Made by a program: the position numbers and the translations under genes. A stretch of 64,000 nucleotides of DNA from a virus. The notes under the pieces were generated by a model, which ran no database searches, was not told the origin of the DNA, and saw nothing but the letters and a program-made list of their open reading frames with translations. Of this stretch, positions 1 to 10,200 are shown one piece after another. The stretch covers positions 30,981 to 94,980 of the IMG/VR virus record IMGVR_UViG_3300023296_000646; one strand, written 5' to 3'. Position 1 is the first letter of the stretch. The number at the start of each line of letters is the position of its first letter.

Positions 1-1731
1 CATTCCACCAATCAATCTTTTAATTTCATTCATTGAAATTGAATTTCTACCTATAGGGTCTCTTCCTAGTACATGCTTATCTGTAGCATACTTAGTTTGA
101 TTTCCTCTAGGTCTTCCACCCTGTTTATATTTTTCATCGTTTTCAAAATCTTCTGCATCTTCATCTTCTCCGGAGAATCCAGATACATCATCGCTATCTT
201 CATCTTCTCCGTTAAATGGATCTATTGCCTGACCACCAACTACATGTTGACCAGATTTTGCAGGATCATTTCCATCAGAATCTATCTGATCCAATCTATA
301 TTTGAATTTTGCATCGTTCACTAATCTCAATCGTTCTCTAACAATATCGTCTTCAGATAGTTTGAAAATAGTTTCATAAATCCAATCTACTGACAACAGC
401 TGTCCGGATTTAATATCATCACCAAGTCGAACCTTTTCTTGCCAAATTCTAATTTGCTCCTGTTCGTACACGGTAGAAGACATCGCTAATTCCAATGAGA
501 AGTCTATTAACTCCTTATCCGTGTATCCGTTTGCATATAAATGAACTATTGCTATTTTTGAAAGTTCAGATACAACAATTCTCTGAACCTTTCTAATACT
601 TCTAGCAAATCTCATATCCTCTTGAGCTAATGTACCCTTTCCACTTGTATCTTCTTCATAGCCAAGATATGCTCTAGGAATTTTAAGACCTGCAAATAAT
701 TTCTTTTGTAGGTATTCAATATCCTCTACTGTTTGATATTCCAATCCAGGAAGATTTTCAATTGATGTGCCATCCTTAGTACCACGAACTGGAAGGTAGA
801 AATCTTCTAACAGGTTTTGAATGTTAAATTTTAAATTGTATTCACCTGTATTGGGATCCATCAGCGATGCCTTTTTAGTCTTTTGCATAAGACGCTGCAT
901 ATATCCTTCTACATCCTTAGGAGGAATATTACCAATATCTACTTTATACATTCTACGTTCAGGAGCTCTAACGATTCTATGAACCATCATTGCGTCTTCC
1001 ATAAGTTTTATTTGTTTCCAAATTCTACGTATGTTTTCAACAATAGCCTTTCCGTATGGAAGGAAATTTGAATCTGTACCCAATCTAAAATGGGCCATTT
1101 CGTAATCATCGTATGTAGTTGCTTGATTACTTGAATATGTTGTTGCTCCTGATATATCATGAATAAATCTAACAGCCTTAGGATCTTCTATATCGTATCC
1201 TTCTTCTCGTATTATCTCGTATACTGAAAGTGGAATTACATCTATAACTCCAATTCCTTCTTCTATTTCTAGTTTTAAAAACAGATCACCATACTTACAT
1301 AAATTTCTAATCCATGCAGATAAATTGAAATTGATGTTTAGAATATCATAAAATAGATTATGAAGAATTTGCTTCACATCGTTATTAGATGTGGTAATTT
1401 TTAAGATTTGACCAAACTCATCTTCCAATGAAGATTCTTCTGCATACATATCTATTGCTGATGCAATAATTGGATCAGCATCCATTCCTTCATAATCCCT
1501 GAATAGGTGGTATCTGGTTGCTTGAAATACTCCAGTTTGATCCCTACCTTGGGCGCCAGGAGTTCTATATATGGATGCATGTCTTTGCTTCCAACTACCC
1601 TTAGGCATTAGCTGACTACTATTTGCGTCAAATACTTTTATTCCCTTTCCACTGCCCTTGCTTACTACACGAACTACAGATCCGTTTGAGAATAATCTTT
1701 TTAATCTTGCATTAAAGCTTTTGTTTGCCAT
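1..1731 (-). CDS. Portal protein, T4 gp20-like (3' end runs off window start)
   Basis: Not in ORF track because no stop lies inside the window. Manual translation from ATG at 1731: MANKSFNARLKRLFS...LFRDYEGMDADPIIASAIDMYAEE...WIRNLCKYGDLF...LMEDAMMVHRIVRAPERRMYKVDIGNIPP...NLLEDFYLPVRG...IEDIEYLQKKLFAGLKIPRAYL, typical gp20 portal motifs; adjacent to terminase. Confidence 0.92.
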   Translation of the reverse strand, partial: MANKSFNARLKRLFSNGSVVRVVSKGSGKGIKVFDANSSQLMPKGSWKQRHASIYRTPGAQGRDQTGVFQATRYHLFRDYEGMDADPIIASAIDMYAEESSLEDEFGQILKITTSNNDVKQILHNLFYDILNINFNLSAWIRNLCKYGDLFLKLEIEEGIGVIDVIPLSVYEIIREEGYDIEDPKAVRFIHDISGATTYSSNQATTYDDYEMAHFRLGTDSNFLPYGKAIVENIRRIWKQIKLMEDAMMVHRIVRAPERRMYKVDIGNIPPKDVEGYMQRLMQKTKKASLMDPNTGEYNLKFNIQNLLEDFYLPVRGTKDGTSIENLPGLEYQTVEDIEYLQKKLFAGLKIPRAYLGYEEDTSGKGTLAQEDMRFARSIRKVQRIVVSELSKIAIVHLYANGYTDKELIDFSLELAMSSTVYEQEQIRIWQEKVRLGDDIKSGQLLSVDWIYETIFKLSEDDIVRERLRLVNDAKFKYRLDQIDSDGNDPAKSGQHVVGGQAIDPFNGEDEDSDDVSGFSGEDEDAEDFENDEKYKQGGRPRGNQTKYATDKHVLGRDPIGRNSISMNEIKRLIGGM

Positions 1732-1756
1732 TGTAATACTAGGTTGTTTGTCAGTT

Positions 1757-1765
1757 TATAAATAT
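1757..1765 (-). promoter_or_regulatory. Putative late promoter ATAYTTATA (coding strand); further copies at 7213, 16345(+), 21858, 24678, 37610, 39346, 42698, 47646, 48314, 49282
   Basis: The same 9-mer recurs shortly upstream of structural genes, tmRNA and the leader RNAs, and flips strand with the single plus-strand gene. Confidence 0.7.
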
Positions 1766-1791
1766 ATGCACAAGTTAATTAGCCTAAAATA

Positions 1792-3420
1792 CTACCCTAA
1801 TAGCCAGCGCAAATCTTCCTCGTCACCATTACCTACGTCCATTTTGTATGGATCACTACCACCAGTAGAGTCTAAACTGTTATACATTCCATCATATGGA
1901 CGTTTAACTGATATTGAACTAATTGCTGCTGCCGTCAAATCTATTCCTTCTTGTTTAAGTTTTATTGCAGTATCTCTTACCCATAATCCTATGCCCAATG
2001 GCATTACCAAATCATCATTATATCCTCTAAGGGCTTGTGCCTTTCCATTAAGCCAATTAAAGGTAAATAATTCTTCTATAGTTCGTATTGATTTAATCGT
2101 TACTGCTTTATCTCTGAAGTATTCATCTAACTTAGAAATGATAAGTGGTCTAGTTCTTGCAGATGTAGTAAATCCTGCTACCATTTTGGTATCAGGATCA
2201 TACTTATTAATATTCATTTGGTGTTCTACGTCTACATACTTTAAATCGTTAGACATATAAAATAGATTTGGGTATCCTCTATCTATTACAACCTGAATCG
2301 CATGCCAACCTACTGTTGCGTTTTCTACTACAAGAAGGGCATCATTATATTCTGTTGCTATTGACAGTAACATATTTCCAAAGATTTTGGTAGTAACCTT
2401 ACCTTTAAATTCTGCTACCTGCGTCATTGTCTCTAGATCGAAAACATGATATGCAGAATAATCTGCACCATCACCCCTTGCAACGTCAGCCACAACTAGA
2501 TATCCCATTTTTCTGTTATAATCTACAGGTTCCCAAACCCATAAATTGGATCCCATTCCTCGTCTCTCTAATGGCTCTTCTACATATGTGTCTTTATAAA
2601 ATTGAATTACTTCACCAGGAATTACAGTATGACCAGACGCAATGAAATCGCAGTCACATTCCTGAGCTGATCCCTTTTCTCCCAACAATTCAGTCTGCTG
2701 ATCTCTCCAGTCTTGATCACGTTCTGGATGGAGTGACCAATGAATATTAATTGGGTTCCATGTAATAACGTTATTCTTAGTTTCTATTTTTTCTTTAGCC
2801 AGTGCCTTTTGCCATGTTTGATGGAACCAATTTCCCATTCCGTTTGGAGTAGATACAGCGATTGCAGTTCCACCCGTTGCTAAAGTCGAAGACGATGCTT
2901 TCCAAATTTCATCAATCTTATCAATAAACGCTGCCTCATCGAATATAAGAAGAGATAGCGCTTCAGAACGTCCTGCTTCTCCTGATGATGAAATTGCCTT
3001 TATTTGAGAACCATTTGCAAATCGCAATGACAATTTATTATCCTCTAGTGCCTTTCCCTTTAGCCATACTGGAAGATTTGAATGCATATGTCTAACCTTC
3101 GTAACTAGGTTTTTCGCAGTGTCTTGTTTTGTTGCAATCACTAATACATTCTTATCATCATGAAACAGAATCAACCAGAGCGCATAAGCTGCAGTTAGTG
3201 TTGATATCCCAGTTTGTCGACTCTTAAGAATTGCATTGAACCTGTGATTTTGGAAGTCCTTTAGTGCATCTTCCTGAAATGGAAACATTTTAAATAAAAT
3301 GCTACCTCGAATAGGATGTTGAATTTTGCAATACTTCCTTACAAAATGGGCAGGATCTATCATGCAGTTTTTATATTCCTGCTTTATTATATCCTGTAAT
3401 GATTGTTGTTTTTCTGCCAT
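1792..3420 (-). CDS. terL: Terminase large subunit, T4 gp17-like
   Basis: Walker A ILKSRQTGIST, Walker B LLIFDEAAFI, STPNG motif, RNase H-like nuclease VADVARGDGADYS and NDDLVM. Confidence 0.96.
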   Translation of the reverse strand: MAEKQQSLQDIIKQEYKNCMIDPAHFVRKYCKIQHPIRGSILFKMFPFQEDALKDFQNHRFNAILKSRQTGISTLTAAYALWLILFHDDKNVLVIATKQDTAKNLVTKVRHMHSNLPVWLKGKALEDNKLSLRFANGSQIKAISSSGEAGRSEALSLLIFDEAAFIDKIDEIWKASSSTLATGGTAIAVSTPNGMGNWFHQTWQKALAKEKIETKNNVITWNPINIHWSLHPERDQDWRDQQTELLGEKGSAQECDCDFIASGHTVIPGEVIQFYKDTYVEEPLERRGMGSNLWVWEPVDYNRKMGYLVVADVARGDGADYSAYHVFDLETMTQVAEFKGKVTTKIFGNMLLSIATEYNDALLVVENATVGWHAIQVVIDRGYPNLFYMSNDLKYVDVEHQMNINKYDPDTKMVAGFTTSARTRPLIISKLDEYFRDKAVTIKSIRTIEELFTFNWLNGKAQALRGYNDDLVMPLGIGLWVRDTAIKLKQEGIDLTAAAISSISVKRPYDGMYNSLDSTGGSDPYKMDVGNGDEEDLRWLLG

Positions 3421-3833
3421 TAGTTTCCTCCTGAACTATTAATGTTCTGTAACACTATAGAGGATACCAGTATGGTAGCTGCACCGTTTAAAAACCACAA
3501 TACCTTGCTTTGTCTCCAACCTCTCTTCTCTAGATGTGTTATATAATCAGTATGTGATTGTATTTCGTCTTCTAGCAGCCGAATACGTTGATCCTTAAAT
3601 CCTAGTAGTAGACTATCCTGTTCTACAATAAACTCTAATTTTCTAATTTCTAATTTCTTAAAACCAAGTAGAGTTCGTAAATCTGCATTATCAGTTTGCA
3701 GCGAATCTACTTGAGTAAAAAACGCTTGAAGTTCTGTTTTAGGAATTGTTACCGTATCTGTGCTATCCTGGGCCTGTACATTTTGAACTCCTAGCATTAA
3801 AACAAACAGCAATGCTAATAGAATCTTTTTCAT
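3420..3833 (-). CDS. Exported coiled-coil protein with signal peptide and C-terminal TM helix (possible spanin component)
   Basis: Likely start MKKILLALLFVLMLGVQNVQA (signal peptide); coiled-coil middle; C-terminal VLWFLNGAATILVSSIVL. Confidence 0.55.
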   Translation of the reverse strand: MKKILLALLFVLMLGVQNVQAQDSTDTVTIPKTELQAFFTQVDSLQTDNADLRTLLGFKKLEIRKLEFIVEQDSLLLGFKDQRIRLLEDEIQSHTDYITHLEKRGWRQSKVLWFLNGAATILVSSIVLQNINSSGGN

Positions 3834-3834
3834 A

Positions 3835-4155
3835 TTATTCATTACCATACTTTCTTTGAAAATCATCAATTGCGTTTCCAGTCTTATCTGGAGTTCTAGA
3901 GTTTATCCTATCTTCAATAATCTTAGCCTTGTTTTGAATATCCTTCAACTCTGACTTTGCCTTTGCCTTATTGGCTGCAGTCTCTACTTCTCGTTCGTAT
4001 AGGGCGTCGCGTCGACCTCTATTTTTATTTACCATTTCTTGATACTTTTCCTTAACTGCATCTGCGTCTCCTCTAGTTAAATACAAAAACGCAACTATTA
4101 GAAATAGTATTCCACTACCGATTAGTACTATATTGTTCCACAATTTTTTCATCAT
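3835..4155 (-). CDS. N-terminal TM plus coiled-coil protein (i-spanin-like architecture)
   Basis: IVLIGSGILFLIVAFLYL followed by charged helical domain. Confidence 0.5.
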   Translation of the reverse strand: MMKKLWNNIVLIGSGILFLIVAFLYLTRGDADAVKEKYQEMVNKNRGRRDALYEREVETAANKAKAKSELKDIQNKAKIIEDRINSRTPDKTGNAIDDFQRKYGNE

Positions 4156-4762
4156 CTTTGATCACCAATTCTTGTCGCATGCGGTTTAATTCTTTATTAG
4201 CTTCTGGTAGTATATATACGATATCATCCAATTCGGTCTGAATTCCATCTCTTATGGCTTCCCAATTGCCTGCAAATTCAAATCCTGTTATAATACCGTT
4301 AGCTGATACTAATTCTGATTTAGAATCTGAGTCTTCAGATAGTGCTTCTGTAAATTGTACCTTTAACTCAGTTAAAATTGAAATTTCGTTTTCAAAAACT
4401 TTAATACGTTCCCATAGTGGATACAATCCAGTAACCCTAAGTTTGTGTTCAAAATCTTGTTGACATGTGAAACAATGTCCAGTTCTATAGTAGAATTTGG
4501 TATCAAATTTGTTCTTCATATGCTGATTACATTTAGGACAAAAAGAAGGTACTCTAAACTCTTTAAAAATTTCAGATTTAGCTCTTCTATTTTCTTCTTC
4601 TCTGCTCAATCGCTCTTGGCGATCATCTTGAGATTCGGTCCATCCAAATGTGTCCTTTCTGTAATCGCCATTCATTACATCTAGAATTTTACGACGCGAC
4701 TTATGCATCTTATTTCTAGAATCTGTCTTATTGTACGTACCGTCCTTTACCTTTATTAACAT
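4115..4762 (-). CDS. Hypothetical protein with Zn-finger (CPKC...CFTC)
   Basis: ORF track; two CxxC pairs. Confidence 0.6.
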   Translation of the reverse strand: MLIKVKDGTYNKTDSRNKMHKSRRKILDVMNGDYRKDTFGWTESQDDRQERLSREEENRRAKSEIFKEFRVPSFCPKCNQHMKNKFDTKFYYRTGHCFTCQQDFEHKLRVTGLYPLWERIKVFENEISILTELKVQFTEALSEDSDSKSELVSANGIITGFEFAGNWEAIRDGIQTELDDIVYILPEANKELNRMRQELVIKDDEKIVEQYSTNR

Positions 4763-4776
4763 AACCTATAACCTTT

Positions 4777-7191
4777 TTATTGCTGCTCTATTGTCATTTT
4801 TTTGTCGTATGCGTCTTTTTTCATATCGACAATTTGTTGAATGAATGGCGATCTTCGTAAAGCTTTAAATGCAAGATTTTCTACAGATAATTCCCCACCA
4901 GATTCTAATCCGCTTTGTCTCATTCTTTTTAACTTATCTTGAATATCTTCAATTGCACTAATTACCTTATCATATTTAGCGTCATTCATATAACCTTCTA
5001 AAATTGGAATCATTCTCATAAAATTATCTGCCTTGCTGACTACATCATCTATATCAATAGTAGACACGTCTTTGTTAGGAACACTGATCCAATTATCCTT
5101 TACTATGGAATATAGACCAGACGCTATATGAGTTTCTCCAATGTTTTCTACAAATACTTCTACAGGAAACCCATGAATCTTAATATCGTGCTTTGTATTC
5201 CATACAGTCTTCTTAGCCAATACTAAATTGCGAACTAAATCTTCGTTTTCGTCTATATCAGAAAATTTAATTCTAATATGAAGATCTATGTCAGAAAATT
5301 TAGACCAATTGAAATTTGAAATACTTCCAGTAAGTGTAATGTCTTGTATTTTTACACCTTCATTAAATTCTAATCCTTCAAAAAATTCTTCTGCTATTAT
5401 TAGCAGTTTGGTGCGAACATCTGATTTTAGTTTGCTATCATTCCAAATTTTAGGATTTAGTGAATCCTGAGTTTTGAAGCTGTTCAATACGTCTGAAGGA
5501 ATATCTTCATTTATACCAAGTCTGTTACGAGTCTGAGCCGGTGTTTCTCCACGTCTAGCACCTCTAATTGGTTTTTCAGAACCCAATTTACCTTGAATCT
5601 TCTTTTTCTTTTTAATCATAGGAGATTTTCCATGATCAATATCTATTCCCTTAGCAGTATTACTTCCAGTATACTCAGAAGGTTTTATAATTCTAGTTCC
5701 CTTTTCATCCTTTCCTGCTGTCTTCTTTCCAAGATATATTTCTAATTTGTATTTATTGCCAATAATTTTAATTTTCAATTGACGTTCAATTGATTTTAGT
5801 ATTTTTAATAATACTGACTTATTTGGTGGATATTTCCAAAATGATATTACCTTACGTCTTATCCAAATTCTACCTGGATATTCCCAATCATCTCTATCGG
5901 TTGGTAGTAAATCAAACTCATCTTCATCTATAAAATCTTCATCCAATAAATGCATTGATAATTCATCATGATATGTATCATGATTTCTTGCAACATACGT
6001 TTTTCCCTTATATGAGCTAAAGGCTCTTGCATCTCGCTCATCATATTGAACTAAACTACCAACCCAATCTGGATTTTCGTTTAGTTTAGCCTTTCTAAAT
6101 GTTACAACCTTTCTTCCGTTTATTGTTGGCATTCCATGCTCATCTGTTCCAATGGCCTTTACTATAGTTTTCTTATTTTTAAATTTGCCAGTTAATATCG
6201 TATCACCAATTTTTACGTCTATACTAATTGCTTCATTTAGATATATGTTCTTTTCTGAAACCTTCTTAAATTTGGTTATGATATCCCCAGCTAGCGCATG
6301 TGCTTCTGTTTCTAATGGATCTGTTTGATCTATTGCCCATTTACTTCCGTCTTCTGCAATAGCCCCAAGTCTACCATCTTCATTCTGCTTATGATGAACT
6401 AACTCATGAACTACTGATCTTAGATAATCTGCTAGCGCTCTTCCTTTGGTATAAATTTTAATGTCAAATGACATTGGATTATAATAAGCAGTAGTAGAAA
6501 TATCTTCTCTGCTATCTGTTAATTTTATCGGAGGTCGTTCTCTAATGCTAAGTTCTTTAATGGCAAACTGAATTAAATCTTCTGTAATTGCCTTATCACC
6601 ATCTTCAGATTCATATTCAAATAATGTAACTGATTCTGAAATTTGTGGCTTTTCTTTTGCATCTGCTTTAGATTGCTTACTTGTTATACGTTTTTCTGCT
6701 GCAGTATTTATTCTAGTTTCTCTGCTTTTTACCAATTCATACCCAACCATAGCAGCTCGCCTGGTAACATGAGTAAACCACTTATTCCATGCTTCACTAC
6801 CAACTAAATCTTGCTGATTTGTTGGCGTTTTTTTTCCTGCATCACCTGCAGGGAAAAATGATACAGAATCTACTGGCCCATTTGGATATATTGGTGGGTT
6901 GTCATCATCATCAGATGCACCATCTATAATATAGTTGATAACAGACCATCCAATCTGCTCTGCTCTTTCTTTTGTAACTCTCTTATAAATAGAATGATTT
7001 TTGTAATGATAGTTTGGACCATCATCAACTGCTAACAATCCACCGCCTACGCTAGTATTTGTCAATTCGTCTAAAACATTTTTAAATGAATCAGTTTGCA
7101 CATACTCTAGTATTTCTTCTTCAGTTGGAAGGAGTTCTAATACGTCGTCTACTAAAAATAAGTCTGCTAATTGTATAGAAAGTTCGTTCAT
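4777..7191 (-). CDS. Multidomain protein: zincin (HExxH) module plus C-terminal Pol-beta-family nucleotidyltransferase; probable head-packaged polyprotein
   Basis: HELVHHKQ...ETEAHALAG zincin motif; LTGSISNFNWSKFSDIDLHI...VEVFVE NTase motif (GS...DxD); modules separated by LNE/INE. Confidence 0.75.
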   Translation of the reverse strand: MNELSIQLADLFLVDDVLELLPTEEEILEYVQTDSFKNVLDELTNTSVGGGLLAVDDGPNYHYKNHSIYKRVTKERAEQIGWSVINYIIDGASDDDDNPPIYPNGPVDSVSFFPAGDAGKKTPTNQQDLVGSEAWNKWFTHVTRRAAMVGYELVKSRETRINTAAEKRITSKQSKADAKEKPQISESVTLFEYESEDGDKAITEDLIQFAIKELSIRERPPIKLTDSREDISTTAYYNPMSFDIKIYTKGRALADYLRSVVHELVHHKQNEDGRLGAIAEDGSKWAIDQTDPLETEAHALAGDIITKFKKVSEKNIYLNEAISIDVKIGDTILTGKFKNKKTIVKAIGTDEHGMPTINGRKVVTFRKAKLNENPDWVGSLVQYDERDARAFSSYKGKTYVARNHDTYHDELSMHLLDEDFIDEDEFDLLPTDRDDWEYPGRIWIRRKVISFWKYPPNKSVLLKILKSIERQLKIKIIGNKYKLEIYLGKKTAGKDEKGTRIIKPSEYTGSNTAKGIDIDHGKSPMIKKKKKIQGKLGSEKPIRGARRGETPAQTRNRLGINEDIPSDVLNSFKTQDSLNPKIWNDSKLKSDVRTKLLIIAEEFFEGLEFNEGVKIQDITLTGSISNFNWSKFSDIDLHIRIKFSDIDENEDLVRNLVLAKKTVWNTKHDIKIHGFPVEVFVENIGETHIASGLYSIVKDNWISVPNKDVSTIDIDDVVSKADNFMRMIPILEGYMNDAKYDKVISAIEDIQDKLKRMRQSGLESGGELSVENLAFKALRRSPFIQQIVDMKKDAYDKKMTIEQQ

Positions 7192-7232
7192 TTTATGTAC
7201 TCTCGTTTCTCATATAAATATACGTGTAACTA

Positions 7233-10200
7233 TTATTCAATAATTTTCTCACGTTCTACACCATTCCAGTACTTGATAGCTGCTTCATCCTTTCTAGTTG
7301 CTATTACCAATACATTATATTCACCGTCAGTGTCTGCGTATACCCTCACTGCGTTTTTGTCTGGTGTTATTTTACCGTATGCTCTACCAAAATGATCAAC
7401 AGCATTTACCCATATTTGTACATCAGTGTTTAAGTAATGGAAATAATCTGGTATGAGGGTCCAGCCAGATCCATCATACACATCAACTGTGAATCTATAA
7501 ATGTTGTCACCAGCTGTTGGAGACTCAACAAACGAATGCCATAGAGTATGTGTATCCGTTTTTTCTGGATCTGGATGATCAATCATAAATGATCCAGCGG
7601 TTTTACTTAATGTACCTGCTACGTGGAGCGACGGTTCTACCACCCACCGAACATTAGTCCAGTCGTAATAAATTTCACTACCGAAGTTTAAAGATCCACT
7701 ATAAACTGGGGCAATGTATACTTTGTTTGCTGCCAATCCAGAACCAGATACTGCAGCAATTGCCAATCCAGTACTATTGGAAGTTCCTTCAGAATCCCGT
7801 AGTAAAAACTGAGCAAGTACGTTATTTGATCCATTAACCAATGCGTTAATTGATTCTTCAGATGTTATAGATCCCCTTGCTACTATCTTATTAGATGTTG
7901 ATGCTCCAAATGAATGACCAGAACCTACCGTCAGATGATCCGTAGTTGTTAACCCACCAACAGTAAGATCTGTTGATATTTCTTGACTACCAGTTACCGA
8001 AAGTTGACCAACTACCAATACTGCTGGTGTTGAATCTTGAACTCGTAAGTATGCGTCTGCGGCGGCTACTGCTTGAAATCCACCACCATTAATGGTTGTT
8101 TTTGCCAATTCCAACGTTGCACTTATAGTTTCTCCAGCCAAATTAAACGATGAATCTGGGACTGTTGACAGCGGTTTTGCAGAAAACCACCCACCACTCT
8201 CTTCAATGTGCCATTGCGCTGTATATGTTGTAATACCCGATGTTAAGTCAGCATCTACTGTGAATTTATGTGAAGTCCAACTTACTGTAGTATTCCAACC
8301 TTGATCTACTGAATATGATGTTATGGTTCTAGTACCACTTTCAGCTATCAACGTGGTACCATTAAAAATTTGTAACTTAACCGTTGCCGACGCTATACCA
8401 TTACCGTCAAATGCAGAATCACCACAATATACAGTCCTACTTGCATGTGCTCCAAGTGTAGCTGATACTGTGTACGTACCAGTTAATGTGGGTGCTGGGG
8501 AGAACGTTACTGGGTGGACATAAATTGATGATGATATTCCAGTATTAGCCCAAGAAACTGCGTGCGTTGTTGTGGTTGAAGTTTCAGTTAGAGTTTCACC
8601 CGCAGTTGGATCTGGTAGTGTCAATGCAGTATTTGCTAAGAATCTAGCCGCTCCATTTGAATCTCTAACACTTATAGAATCATTACTACCGTCAAGCGTA
8701 ATTTTACCACCCACAGACGTTAATGCAGTACCCGAAAGTGTAAATCCACCAACCTCACCGCTACTTGCACTAACAAATCCAGTGAAACTAGCGTTTTTTG
8801 CAACAAGTGATCCAGATGAATCTAAACTGAAGTTTGGTGCCTGTATCGAATCATTATATACGGCTACACCACCAATTGTACCACCTATGGCGTATATTGT
8901 ACCAGATACTGCCAATACGTTTGTACCCGAATTCCACGATAAGCCGTTACCAGATCCACCAGTTCCATTTAAATAAAAGTTACCATCGTTGTTCATGTAT
9001 GTTGTCCATGTACTTCCAACATGGAACCCAAGTTCGGTTGCAGTCAGAGACAATCCAGTACCTGTTGGTGCTGCATCTCGCCATACGAACCCCTGATTCG
9101 TTGTGAATATTGACAATGATGCACTTGTCAAATCTCCAGCCAACGACGATGAATATGCAGAAGACGATGCATATGAATTTGTAACATCATCTGCTAGAGA
9201 TCCAGAAACTTCATCAAATGCTCCAGAAACATTATTTGAACCCGAAGTGATATTATCTGCGAGTGATGATGAATATAAAGAAGATGATGCATATGAATCA
9301 GTAATACCACCCGCCAATGATCCAGAAACGGCATCAAACGCCCCAGAAACATTATTTGAACCCGAAGTGATATTATCTGCGAGTGATGACGAATATAAAG
9401 AAGACGATGCATATGAATCAGTAATACCAGTTTCATTCAGAGTAATTGAAATTCCTTGAGCGGTAACAGTTGTTGCAGCAGATGATGAATATGCAGATGA
9501 AGATGCAAATGAATCTGTAATTGAAATTCCTTGAGCTGTGATCGACGTCGCAGCAGATGATGAATACGCAGATGAAGATGCATATGAATTCGTTATTGAA
9601 ATTCCTTGAGCTGTGATGTCAGTTGAAAATGACGACGAATATCCAGAAGAAGAAGCAAACGAATCAGTAATTGAAATTCCTTGAGCTGTTATATCGGTTG
9701 ATAACGATTGAGAATACGCAGATGAAGATGCATATGAATTCGTTATTGAAATTCCTTGAGCTGTAATCGATGTGGCCAATGACGAAGAAGTTCCATCAAA
9801 TGCACCAGATACATTATTAGCGTTGGCTGTAATAGTAATTCCTTGAGCTGTGATCGACGTCGCAGCAGATGATGAATATGCAGATGAAGATGCGTATGAA
9901 TTCGTTATTGAAATTCCTTGAGCGGTTATATCTGTCTGAAACGATTGAGAATATCCTTCATTAGACTGTGATACCGAAGTTAATGTCAATCCCTGAGCAG
10001 TTAAATCTGCTTGAAATGATTGAGAGTATCCAGAAGAAGAAGCAAACGAATCAGTAATTGAAATTCCTTGTGCCGTAATATCAGTTGAAAATGACTGAGA
10101 ATAAGCTGACGACGACGCATACGAATTTGTTATTGAAATTCCTTGATCTGTTATTGATGTTGCGAATGATTGAGAAACCGTATCGAATGCCCCAGATATC

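Noticed and set aside
9120-10170. CRISPR array or DGR template/variable repeat
   Set aside because: The repeats are in-frame coding units with synonymous variation and no unique spacers; there is no adenine-specific mismatch pattern and no reverse transcriptase in the window
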